64,000 nucleotides of DNA from an uncultured Nitrospiraceae bacterium (GTDB lineage Bacteria > Nitrospirota > UBA9217), in the NCBI GenBank assembly GCA_964412455.1, contig CAYPOT010000001.1:2173-66172 (forward strand). The letters are read 5' to 3'. Positions within the stretch are counted from its first letter, which is position 1. The number at the start of each line of letters is the position of its first letter. A program made the translations under genes and the position numbers. This document shows positions 13,051 to 21,469 of the stretch, piece after piece. Under the pieces are notes generated by a model, which was not told the DNA's origin, did no database searches, and saw nothing but the letters and a program-made list of their open reading frames with translations.

Positions 13051-13278
13051 ATGAAAAAGATAGTAGCAATAAGCCTGGTAGTCCTGATGTTGACGGCAAC
13101 CTATTGCTTTGCCCAGACGGACAGCGGCATGAAGGGGCCAGCAAACGGGGGAGAGGGATCATCCGTGTGTGAAGATGGACGAAGGGATGATGAAACAAAA
13201 TGCTCCATTCCACGGCTGACAGCCGGAGGGATGGACGACGCTTTTTTTATTGCGAGAGCCCTTAATGTGATAAAATAA
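13051..13278 (+). CDS. hypothetical small secreted protein (signal peptide plus a Cys-containing 50-aa mature part)
   Basis: The N-terminus MKKIVAISLVVLMLTATYCFAQT resembles a Sec signal peptide. It lies in a lower-GC intergenic region. No homolog was recognised. Confidence 0.3.
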   Translation: MKKIVAISLVVLMLTATYCFAQTDSGMKGPANGGEGSSVCEDGRRDDETKCSIPRLTAGGMDDAFFIARALNVIK

Positions 13279-13462
13279 CGCATCTTCAATTGTATAGCGA
13301 AAGATACGACGGTCTCATAAGAAGTCCAGAACAGCTTTCTGTACGTCATTCCCGTGGAAACGGGGATCCAGTCTTGTTTAAAGTATTTTGGGGCACTGGA
13401 TACCCGCTTGCGCGGGTATGACGACTTTGGTGGGCGCATTATCAATGCGAGCGGGAGGGAAG

Positions 13463-16400
13463 ATGGCCAAGAAGCGATCACCGGCAGGGCCTCCGTCGAA
13501 AAAGGTCAAAAAAGCGTTGCCTCTCAAAAAGGGCCCGATCGCCGGCAAAGGCGGAAAGAACACCACGCCGGCAAAAGCGTCTTCCAAACGCACGGCCAGC
13601 CCGGCAATAGAACGTCAGCCTGATGAACAAGCCCGATCGGACAGGAACGCGTTCCTCGTTGTCGGGGTCGGCGCCTCAGCGGGCGGGCTGGAAGCGTTCA
13701 CGATGCTGTTGAAGAACATTCCGCCGCATACGGGCATGGCGTTCGTGCTCGTGCAGCACCTTGCCCCCGCCAAAGACAGTATTTTGACCGATCTCCTTTC
13801 GAAAGCGACCTCCCTGCCGGTGCATGAGGTACGGGAAGGCATGGCCATAGAACCTGACCATGTCTACGTCATCCCGCCCAATGCGTTCATGACCATTTTT
13901 CACGGCGTGCTCCGGCTTTCTCCGCGCGCCGAATCTCCCGTCCAGCACATGCCTATTGATTCGTTTTTCCGGTCGCTTGCCGAGGACCAGGGACAGCATG
14001 CCGTCGGCATCATCCTTTCCGGGACCGGCTCCGACGGTTCTCTGGGCATCCGGGCAATAAAGGCCGAGGGAGGGATCGTCCTGGCGCAGGACGGATCGGC
14101 AAAATACGACGGCATGCCCAAAAGCGCCGTTGCGACCGGCTCGGTCGATTATATCCTGCCCCCGGAAAAGATGGCCGCCGAGCTGGCGCGGATCAGCCGC
14201 CATCCCTTCCTGACCGTCCACCCGGCCGTGAAGACCGGCCCGCTGCTTCAGGCAGGGGAGAACGATCTGAGCAAGATATTCATGCGGATCAGGACGGCCA
14301 CGGGCGTTGATTTCACCTATTACAAACAGGCAACGGTGCTGCGCAGGATCAACCGGCGCATGCTCCTGCACAAGATCGATAAATTGGAACACTACGTCCG
14401 TTATCTGCAGGAGAACCCCAAGGAAGCCGGGGTCCTGTACCAGGACATCCTCATCAACGTCACCTCTTTTTTCCGGGACCCGGTGACGTTCACCGCGCTG
14501 AAGAACGTCGTGTTCCCACGATTCATTGAAAAAAGACCATCTGACACCCCGCTCCGGGTATGGGTCCCGGGATGCTCGACCGGAGAGGAGGCCTACTCGA
14601 TCGCTATGTGTTTCGCGGAATTCTGCGAAGAGCGGGGCGTTTCCCATCCGATCCAGTTCTTCGCGTCCGACATCGACGAAGCGGCGATCGACAAGGCCCG
14701 CCAGGGCCTTTACCCGGACACCATCGCGCAGGACGTCTCGCCGGAACGGCTCCGGCGTTTTTTTGTAAAGACGGAGCAAGGATACCATGTCAGCAAACCG
14801 ATCAGGGAACAGTGCGTATTTGCCCGTCAGAACCTGGTCAAAGACCCGCCGTTCTCAAGGATGGACCTGATCAGCTGCAGGAACCTGATGATCTACTTCG
14901 GCCCGGTGCTGCAGAAAAAGGTGCTCCCGATCCTGCACTATGCCCTCAATCCTTCGGGATACCTCATGCTCGGGAGGTCCGAGTCCATCGGCGAGTTTGC
15001 GAACCTGTTTTCCCTGGTCGACAAGAACAGCAGGATCTATTCCAAGAAGACCGCATTGCAGGGACTGCGCCTCGACGCGGATCTGGGGCCTGTCCGGGAA
15101 AGGGCCGACATGAAAAAGAAGAAAGATGATCATGCCGCAGGCGGGACCGACATCCAGAAGGAAGCGGACAGCATCATCCTGAGCAGATACAGCCCCCCGG
15201 GTCTGGTCATTAACGAGGACATGGATATCCTGCAATTCCGCGGGAACATCAGCCCCTATCTGAGGCCCCAGCCCGGCAAAGCCAGCCTCAATCTCATGAA
15301 GATGGCGGGTGAAAGCCTTGCCATGGAACTGCGGGTCCTCATCCGCCAGGCCGCCGGAAAGGACGCTTCCGCCAGAAAAGAAGGGATCAAGGTCAGGCAC
15401 AACGGCATGGTCACGGACGTGACCATTGAGGTGTTCGCCTTCAAGCCCCGTGATTCCCAGGAGCGCCACTTTCTGGTCGTTATTGAGGATGCTGCCCCGC
15501 CGGCGGCGCGGGAGCCGAAAAAACCGGGGAAAGCCGCTGCAACGACAAAGGGCAGGCCCCCGGAGGACCAGGTGACCCCGCTGGCGCGCGAGCTTGCCGC
15601 TACCCAACAGCACCTGAAGACGATCATTGCGGAGCATGAGGCGTCCACCGAGGAGCTCAAGGCGCTCAATGAGGAAGTGCAGTCCAGCAACGAAGAGCTG
15701 CAGAGCATCAACGAGGAACTTGAAACGTCGAAGGAAGAGCTTCAATCCACCAATGAAGAACTGAGCACCGTGAACGACGAGCTCCAGAACCGCAACGAAG
15801 AGATAATGCAGAGCAACAACGACCTCGTGAATGTCCTGTCCGGCGTCGATATCCCGATCCTGCTGATCGGGAACAAGCTGCAGATCAGGCGGTTCAATGC
15901 GGCCGCGGGCAAGGCGCTGAACCTTATCGCCACCGATATCGGGCGGCCGATCTCCGACATCAGGCCCAATATCAACGTCCCGGACTTTGACAAAATGATC
16001 CACGAGGTGGTCGACACGTTGACGATAAAGACGCAGGAGGTCCGTGACACGCGGGGCCGCTGGTACACCCTGGCGATACGGCCGTACAAGACAATAGACA
16101 ACAGGATCGACGGCGCGATCGTGACCTTCGAGGACATCCACGACCTGAAGCAGGGCATGACGCGCATCCAGGAAGCCCGTGAGTATGCCGAAGCGATCGT
16201 CGAGACCGTACGGGAACACCTTATCGTGCTGAACAAGGACCTGCGCGTGGTCAGCGCGAACCAGTCGTACTATAAGAACTTCGCGGTAACGCCGGAGGCG
16301 ATCAAGGACAAGTATATATACGATATCCAGGGCGGCCTCTGGAACATGCCGAAACTCCGGGAACTGCTCGATGAGATCATCCGGGAGAACAAAGCGTTCA

Positions 16401-16774
16401 ACGATTTCGAGTTCAATTACGAAGCACCCGGCGCCGGCCGCAAGATGATGCTGCTGAACGCGCGAAGGGTCGCCCGGGAGGAGCAGTTGATCCTGCTTGC
16501 CGTCGAAGACATTACCGCGCGGCGAATGGCGGAAGAGGAACGGGACAGGATCGATCTGGATCGAAAGGAAGCGCTGTCCAAGATCAAGAGACTGGCCGGA
16601 TTGCTTCCGATCTGCGCTTCGTGCAAGAAAATACGCGACGATGAAGGCTATTGGAAGCAGATCGAAGCCTATATCAGCGAGCATTCCGAGGCGGAATTCA
16701 CCCACAGCCTCTGCCCGGATTGCGCGGTGAAAGCATATGCGGATCTCGATGAGTTGAAAAAGAACAAAAAATAA
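13463..16774 (+). CDS. CheB methylesterase - CheR methyltransferase - PAS - coiled coil - PAS hybrid signalling protein with a C-terminal Cys/His zinc-ribbon-like tail (no histidine kinase)
   Basis: CheB catalytic region (LVVGVGASAGGLEAF...GTGSDGSLG). CheR SAM-binding region (VWVPGCSTGEEAYSIAMC). A heptad coiled coil (EELKALNEEVQSSNEELQSINEELETSKEELQSTNEELSTVNDELQNRNEEI). PAS-like segments. A terminal 'LPICASCKKIRDDEGYWKQIEAYISEHSEAEFTHSLCPDCAVK'. The start was set to ATG 13463, which follows GGGAGGGA. Confidence 0.85.
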   Translation: MAKKRSPAGPPSKKVKKALPLKKGPIAGKGGKNTTPAKASSKRTASPAIERQPDEQARSDRNAFLVVGVGASAGGLEAFTMLLKNIPPHTGMAFVLVQHLAPAKDSILTDLLSKATSLPVHEVREGMAIEPDHVYVIPPNAFMTIFHGVLRLSPRAESPVQHMPIDSFFRSLAEDQGQHAVGIILSGTGSDGSLGIRAIKAEGGIVLAQDGSAKYDGMPKSAVATGSVDYILPPEKMAAELARISRHPFLTVHPAVKTGPLLQAGENDLSKIFMRIRTATGVDFTYYKQATVLRRINRRMLLHKIDKLEHYVRYLQENPKEAGVLYQDILINVTSFFRDPVTFTALKNVVFPRFIEKRPSDTPLRVWVPGCSTGEEAYSIAMCFAEFCEERGVSHPIQFFASDIDEAAIDKARQGLYPDTIAQDVSPERLRRFFVKTEQGYHVSKPIREQCVFARQNLVKDPPFSRMDLISCRNLMIYFGPVLQKKVLPILHYALNPSGYLMLGRSESIGEFANLFSLVDKNSRIYSKKTALQGLRLDADLGPVRERADMKKKKDDHAAGGTDIQKEADSIILSRYSPPGLVINEDMDILQFRGNISPYLRPQPGKASLNLMKMAGESLAMELRVLIRQAAGKDASARKEGIKVRHNGMVTDVTIEVFAFKPRDSQERHFLVVIEDAAPPAAREPKKPGKAAATTKGRPPEDQVTPLARELAATQQHLKTIIAEHEASTEELKALNEEVQSSNEELQSINEELETSKEELQSTNEELSTVNDELQNRNEEIMQSNNDLVNVLSGVDIPILLIGNKLQIRRFNAAAGKALNLIATDIGRPISDIRPNINVPDFDKMIHEVVDTLTIKTQEVRDTRGRWYTLAIRPYKTIDNRIDGAIVTFEDIHDLKQGMTRIQEAREYAEAIVETVREHLIVLNKDLRVVSANQSYYKNFAVTPEAIKDKYIYDIQGGLWNMPKLRELLDEIIRENKAFNDFEFNYEAPGAGRKMMLLNARRVAREEQLILLAVEDITARRMAEEERDRIDLDRKEALSKIKRLAGLLPICASCKKIRDDEGYWKQIEAYISEHSEAEFTHSLCPDCAVKAYADLDELKKNKK

Positions 16775-16866
16775 TTTTGGCAAGGACCAACCGGACAGGA
16801 ATAGCGTCAAGCGATGAAATGCTTCTTCACGCAAGACCTCAGCAGGTTGCCGGAACATACCGGGTA

Positions 16867-16975
16867 CGTCATTGCGACGAGCGCCTTTAGCCCCGGACGC
16901 GATCCGAAGGACGCGGCGATCTCTCACGTGCCGGTTCCTTCAACTGCGAGAGTGCTTCGCTCCGCCTGCAAAGAC
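16867..16975. repeat. MITE-like palindromic element with terminal inverted repeats CGTCATTGCGA ... TCGCAAAGAC (copy 1)
   Basis: Its termini are shared with the element at 63040-63127. Internally it is an imperfect palindrome (..CGAAGGACGCGGCGATCTCTC ... GCGAGAGTGCTTCGCTCCGC..). Confidence 0.5.
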
Positions 16976-17095
16976 GGCTAAGTGACAGTTTCAATTCTGG
17001 TGAGCCTGGGAGCTTTGTGCCGGAGCGCTGGTTCGATCTTATGAAGTAACAGAGGACCAGGGCCTATTTGTTGTTTAGGACTATGTCTCCCCGCA

Positions 17096-17953
17096 ATGAA
17101 GAAACATCAAAAAATATACATGCACTCCAGCAGGTACGTTGGTTTCCTCACCAAAGTCCTGCGTGATTTCAAGCGCAATCAGGGCCTCCTGCTGGCCGGA
17201 GCCATCGCCTATTATACCCTGCTGTCCATTGTGCCCCTGTCGATCCTGGCCCTCATTGCGCTGTCCCGTTTTGTAGAGGAGGCCCAGTTATTTCACACGT
17301 TGTCGACCTATATAGAAATGATGATACCGGGGTACGCGGCTGTACTGACCGAACAAGTGCGGGTATTTCTCGAGCGCGGCAGTTCGGTCGGGAGCTTTGT
17401 ATTGCTGGCCATGCTCTTTTTCAGTTCCATAGCCTTTACCGTGCTCGAAAGCGCCATGTCCGTGATCTTTTTTCATCGTGTCAAAGCACGGCGCCGTCAT
17501 TTTCTCCTGTCCGCCATCATCCCGTACGCATATATCTTTCTATTCGGCCTGGGCATCCTGCTGGTGTCGTTCATAGCGGGCGCCATAGAGACGCATAGCG
17601 ACAGACAACTGGTCATATTTGGATGGGGTATCAGCCTCGAGGGCCCTTCCTTCTTTGCGCTTTATTCGATCGGGATATTGGGAGAGATATTGCTGCTGAC
17701 CTCCTTCTATCTGGTCATGCCCATAGTGCGCATTACGTTCCGGCACGCTCTGATGGGCGGGACGCTCGCGACGGTCTTATGGGAGCTCACCCGCCGCGTG
17801 CTGGTCTGGTATTATTCGGTCCTCTCCTCGGTGACGTTGATCTACGGTTCTTTTGCCACGTCGGTGGTGGCCCTGCTCAGTATAGAAGCGATAGCGGTCA
17901 TTATCTTGCTGGGGGCCCAGGTCATCGCAGAACTTGAGCGCATAGACACTTAG
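17096..17953 (+). CDS. YihY/BrkB family inner-membrane protein (second paralog)
   Basis: The 285-aa multi-TM protein has 'LLLAGAIAYYTLLSIVPLSILALIAL' and the overall YihY architecture. Confidence 0.8.
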   Translation: MKKHQKIYMHSSRYVGFLTKVLRDFKRNQGLLLAGAIAYYTLLSIVPLSILALIALSRFVEEAQLFHTLSTYIEMMIPGYAAVLTEQVRVFLERGSSVGSFVLLAMLFFSSIAFTVLESAMSVIFFHRVKARRRHFLLSAIIPYAYIFLFGLGILLVSFIAGAIETHSDRQLVIFGWGISLEGPSFFALYSIGILGEILLLTSFYLVMPIVRITFRHALMGGTLATVLWELTRRVLVWYYSVLSSVTLIYGSFATSVVALLSIEAIAVIILLGAQVIAELERIDT

Positions 17954-18057
17954 TTCCTTGAGAAGCAAATTCTTCTCAAAACGGCAAGAAATTTTCTCGC
18001 AACCAAAAGCAGGCGCTTCTGCGCGAGACGCAATATTTTCAAAGAAAGACCATATCT

Positions 18058-18297
18058 TTGGGTTTTATATACCAGGATTTTAAGATTTTATTAAGGATTA
18101 AGACGATAAAAAGATTAATCGTTTTAACGGTTATGTTTGTATTCAGCAGCGCAGCATTTGGCCAGACGGGCGCCGGTCAAGACGGCGGCATGATGGATCA
18201 TGGTTGGGGGTGGGGTATGGGCTATGGAGGGGGATTCGGGATCATTATCGTGATCCTCGTTGTTGCGGGCGTCGTGTATATGATGAAACGAAAGTAA
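18058..18297 (+). CDS. small secreted/membrane-anchored Met-His-Trp-Gly-rich peptide (putative metal-binding, possibly Cu(I))
   Basis: The 79-aa protein has a signal-like N-terminus, then 'QTGAGQDGGMMDHGWGWGMGYGGG', a C-terminal TM helix and KRK. The Met/His-rich motif is reminiscent of MDHG/MxxM Cu-binding repeats in CopA/PcoA/CusF-type proteins. Confidence 0.5.
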   Translation: MGFIYQDFKILLRIKTIKRLIVLTVMFVFSSAAFGQTGAGQDGGMMDHGWGWGMGYGGGFGIIIVILVVAGVVYMMKRK

Positions 18298-18651
18298 CGT
18301 AAGATCTGTATCGGATCAGGGCTGCCGCCCTTGCTGCAATCAAGCAGGAAAGGGTCATGGGCATTCCGGTTATCGGGAAGGGTACTCTATCAAAAAGAGA
18401 AGCCGGAAGGAAGGTGATTAGCAAATTACAGGAAAGGTATCGCATGAAGAATTATATCGGCGCAAGTAATAAAATAAGGTAATTATCCCCTTGCTATTAG
18501 CCACAAAAAAGCGCAAGAGGCGCAAAAAGGGAACAGTAACACTTTGCGTATTTTGCGCCTTTTTGCGGCAAATACCTGAGCCTGTCTTAGATTCGTCGTT
18601 TGCTGAATGGATCCATTTGAACTTGGCTTGAGAATAAAACCTTGGTCAGGC

Positions 18652-19434
18652 TCATTTTTTCCTGTGCTCATGGTTGTCGATGTGGTCAATGCAGTATCCC
18701 AGGCCACCGCAGTCCGGACAGTAGCGGAACTCCATCTCGGGGTGGGTAAGGTCGGTCTTGGCGCACGATGTGCAACGGTGGAACGCTTCGCGTGTTCCCG
18801 TGAGGTCGCGCGCCTGCTCCGCCATCTTTTTCTTCCCCGTCTTCATCTTCAACCAGATGTCCCTTCCGAAGAACAGGAAAAAATTGCTGATCGAGGCAAC
18901 GACGAGCAGCCGGGTCGACCAGTCACCGGAAATGAACGACATCCCGTACCCGATCCAGGTGAGGAGCGCCAGCCATTTTACCTTCACCGGGAGGATGAAA
19001 AAGAGGTAGAACTGGAACTCGGGGTACAGGGCCGCAAATGCAAGAAAGATCGACCCGCCAAGGAAAATATTGCTGGCGGGATAGGCGGGGAACAGGAACG
19101 ACACCGTGACGGTTGCCGCGTAGCCTGTCAGGAGAAATACATTGTACCGGAACGCGCCCCAACGGCCCTCCAGCGCGCCGCCCATCATGTAAAAGATGTA
19201 GAGAGCGAAGAAGATGAAGAACAGGCTCGAAGACGGCGGGATGAATGGAAAGGTGAGGACCCTCCACCACTCTCCCGCGAGGACGCGATTGGGGACCAGC
19301 ATCGCGCGGGTAATGTCCAGTTGTCCTGAATAGGAAAAAAGGTACAGGAATGCCTGTCCGATCACGATATACAGGGTGATATTCGGTATCGCGTATCTTC
19401 CGAAGCTGCGTTCAAGCTTGTCTAAAAAGGCCAT
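18652..19434 (-). CDS. polytopic membrane protein with a C-terminal zinc-ribbon (CxxC...CPDC) domain
   Basis: There are about seven predicted TM helices, then 'FHRCTSCAKTDLTHPEMEFRYCPDCGGLGYC'. Start ATG at 19434 (MAFLDK), preceded by GGAAG. Confidence 0.6.
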   Translation of the reverse strand: MAFLDKLERSFGRYAIPNITLYIVIGQAFLYLFSYSGQLDITRAMLVPNRVLAGEWWRVLTFPFIPPSSSLFFIFFALYIFYMMGGALEGRWGAFRYNVFLLTGYAATVTVSFLFPAYPASNIFLGGSIFLAFAALYPEFQFYLFFILPVKVKWLALLTWIGYGMSFISGDWSTRLLVVASISNFFLFFGRDIWLKMKTGKKKMAEQARDLTGTREAFHRCTSCAKTDLTHPEMEFRYCPDCGGLGYCIDHIDNHEHRKK

Positions 19435-19532
19435 GATCACTTCCTTCCTCAAGCTGTTTCAAAGTCCGTTCCGTGTCATTGCGGGAAAATCGGTCCGGTT
19501 GAGATGTTTATCCTGAAAATCCCGTCATCCTG

Positions 19533-19811
19533 TCAAATCGGCTTAAGACGTACGATCGTGGCGCCCCAGCCGCCCGCCTGTTCATCTGCCAGCTTGTATG
19601 AAACGACGTCCGGCATCAGGGCAAGGAGCGCGTGAACTTTTTCCCGGAGCGTTCCAATGCCCTTGCCGTGGATGATCCGTACCTGCAGGATGCCCTGTCT
19701 GCGGCATTCGGCCAGGTAGTCCGGGACCAGGTCCTTTACGTCCTTCGGCTGGAAGGTGTGCAGGTCAAGCACGCCATTAATCGGGACCGCTATGTGGCTT
19801 TCTTCGTGCAC
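19533..19811 (-). CDS. Smr domain protein
   Basis: Smr signature 'LDLHTF...VRIIHGKGIG...GGWGATIVRL'. It overlaps the TfoX 3' end by about 35 nt. Confidence 0.7.
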   Translation of the reverse strand: MHEESHIAVPINGVLDLHTFQPKDVKDLVPDYLAECRRQGILQVRIIHGKGIGTLREKVHALLALMPDVVSYKLADEQAGGWGATIVRLKPI

Positions 19812-20154
19812 GGGGCGGTATCTTCCTGCGGGCCGCGGATTTTCTCATGGCGGCGGTGACCGCCTTTTGCGCCCACTCCTTCAGCTGCTCCTCGTCCTCC
19901 AGAACATCGGCGGGTACCTCGTAGTAGCTCATCGCATACGAGCCGAAGGGCTTGAACGGCCCCGTCCCGGCTTTCAGGTAGTCAGCTTTATTCGCTTCGT
20001 CAACCTTGAAGTAAAGCACATCATCCGCGATCAACGCGAAGAACAATCCTTCAAGGTACAAGCCCGCGCCGCCGAACATTCTTTTCGCGGAGACCGGTCC
20101 GAGGGCCTTCAGCAGATCGAGCGCGTATTGAATATAGCTATTGTTGACAGGCAT
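19777..20154 (-). CDS. TfoX/Sxy N-terminal domain protein
   Basis: TfoX_N motif 'AKRMFGGAGLYLEGLFFALIADDVLYFKVDE'. Confidence 0.7.
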   Translation of the reverse strand: MPVNNSYIQYALDLLKALGPVSAKRMFGGAGLYLEGLFFALIADDVLYFKVDEANKADYLKAGTGPFKPFGSYAMSYYEVPADVLEDEEQLKEWAQKAVTAAMRKSAARRKIPPRARRKPHSGPD

Positions 20155-20210
20155 GACCCAAACTCACCAAGACCGCAAAAGCACCCACCACAAGACCACC
20201 CCGATGAAAA

Positions 20211-20603
20211 TCATGCTGATGATGCGTTCGGCTTTTGTTGCTGGAGCGCATTTAAGACCATATCGAGAACGTCCTTCTGGTTTTTTTCGAACTTATTGAG
20301 CACGCCAAGACAACTTCCCATGGGGAACTTTTTGTGCAGGTAGTCGGCGTCCCGCCCGGAGAGGATGATGATACGGTTTTTGTCCACTCCGATGGAGGTA
20401 GCGTAAGAAAGCACCTTGGTCCCGTCCAGTCCCGGCATCTCGAGGTCGACCAGGAGCAGGTCAAGGTCCGTCGTGATGGAAGGCAGGCATTTAACCGGGT
20501 CAGTGCAGGTCGCCACTACGAGTTCCGGGTATCGCTCCTGCATATATTCGCGAAGGCGCTTCAGAAAACCCGCGTCATCATCGATGATCAGTATCTTGCT
20601 CAT
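20211..20603 (-). CDS. single-domain response regulator (CheY-like receiver)
   Basis: 'KILIIDDDAGFLKRL...DLLLVDLEMPGLDGTKVL' contains the receiver Asp pocket and the phospho-acceptor D. Confidence 0.85.
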   Translation of the reverse strand: MSKILIIDDDAGFLKRLREYMQERYPELVVATCTDPVKCLPSITTDLDLLLVDLEMPGLDGTKVLSYATSIGVDKNRIIILSGRDADYLHKKFPMGSCLGVLNKFEKNQKDVLDMVLNALQQQKPNASSA

Positions 20604-20651
20604 GATCCTCCATCCCGTAATGGGGCCGAATCGTGCAGGAGACGGCCGGCG

Positions 20652-21419
20652 TCAGGATAGTGACTCACCGTTGATCGTTATCACCTGTCCAGCATGATCG
20701 AGCGAGGCAATAAGCCGTTCGCCTCCTGCAAGTTCGCCATTAACGGTGTCGCCCGCGTCGGAGAAGGGCAGGCTTTTTATGCTGAAGTAGGAAAGCAGGG
20801 CTTTCCGGTGATTGAAATCGTATCGGCTTACGAGCTCTTTCATCGCACGTAGAAGACCGGCACGGTCGAATTCCGGAGGTTGATCGCTGTCCGCGCCGAA
20901 CAGCAGGATGAACAGGGTGCCGCCATCATACGCATCCCGGTAGTAACCGCTCGCCGCGCAGACCCCTGAGGCGATTAGAGAGAGCATGGTCCCGTCTGCG
21001 CGGTTCAGGTCGAGTGAGGGAACGGTGAACTCGGCCACTCCTTCCCTCGCGCCCCACGCTATCAGGTCCCGTGCGGACCTGAGAAGTTCATCGGCAACCT
21101 CGGGCTGTTCGTCAGACCACGCCCAAAGCCAGGTGAGCGAGTTGTCCGATTCCGTTCCCAGGAGCTGGAAAGGAAATGCGGCATCGGTGCTGAACCGCGC
21201 CACTCCCGTTGCAAGGTCAAGCTCAATGATATGTTCGCCGAGGCGCCTGATCAGGCCGTCCTGCTTTTCAAGAGAGACAAGCGCGTACTTCTCAAAGTAA
21301 TTGTTCACTGAGTTCATAAGCTGTTTGCGTGAAAATGATACGGTATGGGTCACTATAACGCCATTATCGGGATTTTGCAAGGAACCGGTGATCAGGAAGT
21401 GCTCGGTCAGAGAGGTCAA
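20652..21419 (-). CDS. hypothetical protein (255 aa) lying between two response-regulator genes
   Basis: Codon usage is consistent with the flanks and there is no internal stop. No recognisable family. The start is uncertain. Confidence 0.5.
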   Translation of the reverse strand: MTSLTEHFLITGSLQNPDNGVIVTHTVSFSRKQLMNSVNNYFEKYALVSLEKQDGLIRRLGEHIIELDLATGVARFSTDAAFPFQLLGTESDNSLTWLWAWSDEQPEVADELLRSARDLIAWGAREGVAEFTVPSLDLNRADGTMLSLIASGVCAASGYYRDAYDGGTLFILLFGADSDQPPEFDRAGLLRAMKELVSRYDFNHRKALLSYFSIKSLPFSDAGDTVNGELAGGERLIASLDHAGQVITINGESLS

Positions 21420-21469
21420 CGCAGCGGCCTTACGAGAACATATCCGGAATCGGTCATTATCGAACGACC

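Noticed and set aside
13676-16927. Two long minus-strand ORFs (370 and 690 aa) antisense to the CheB/CheR hybrid
   Set aside because: Low-complexity R/G/D-rich translations. The plus-strand protein carries the real catalytic motifs.
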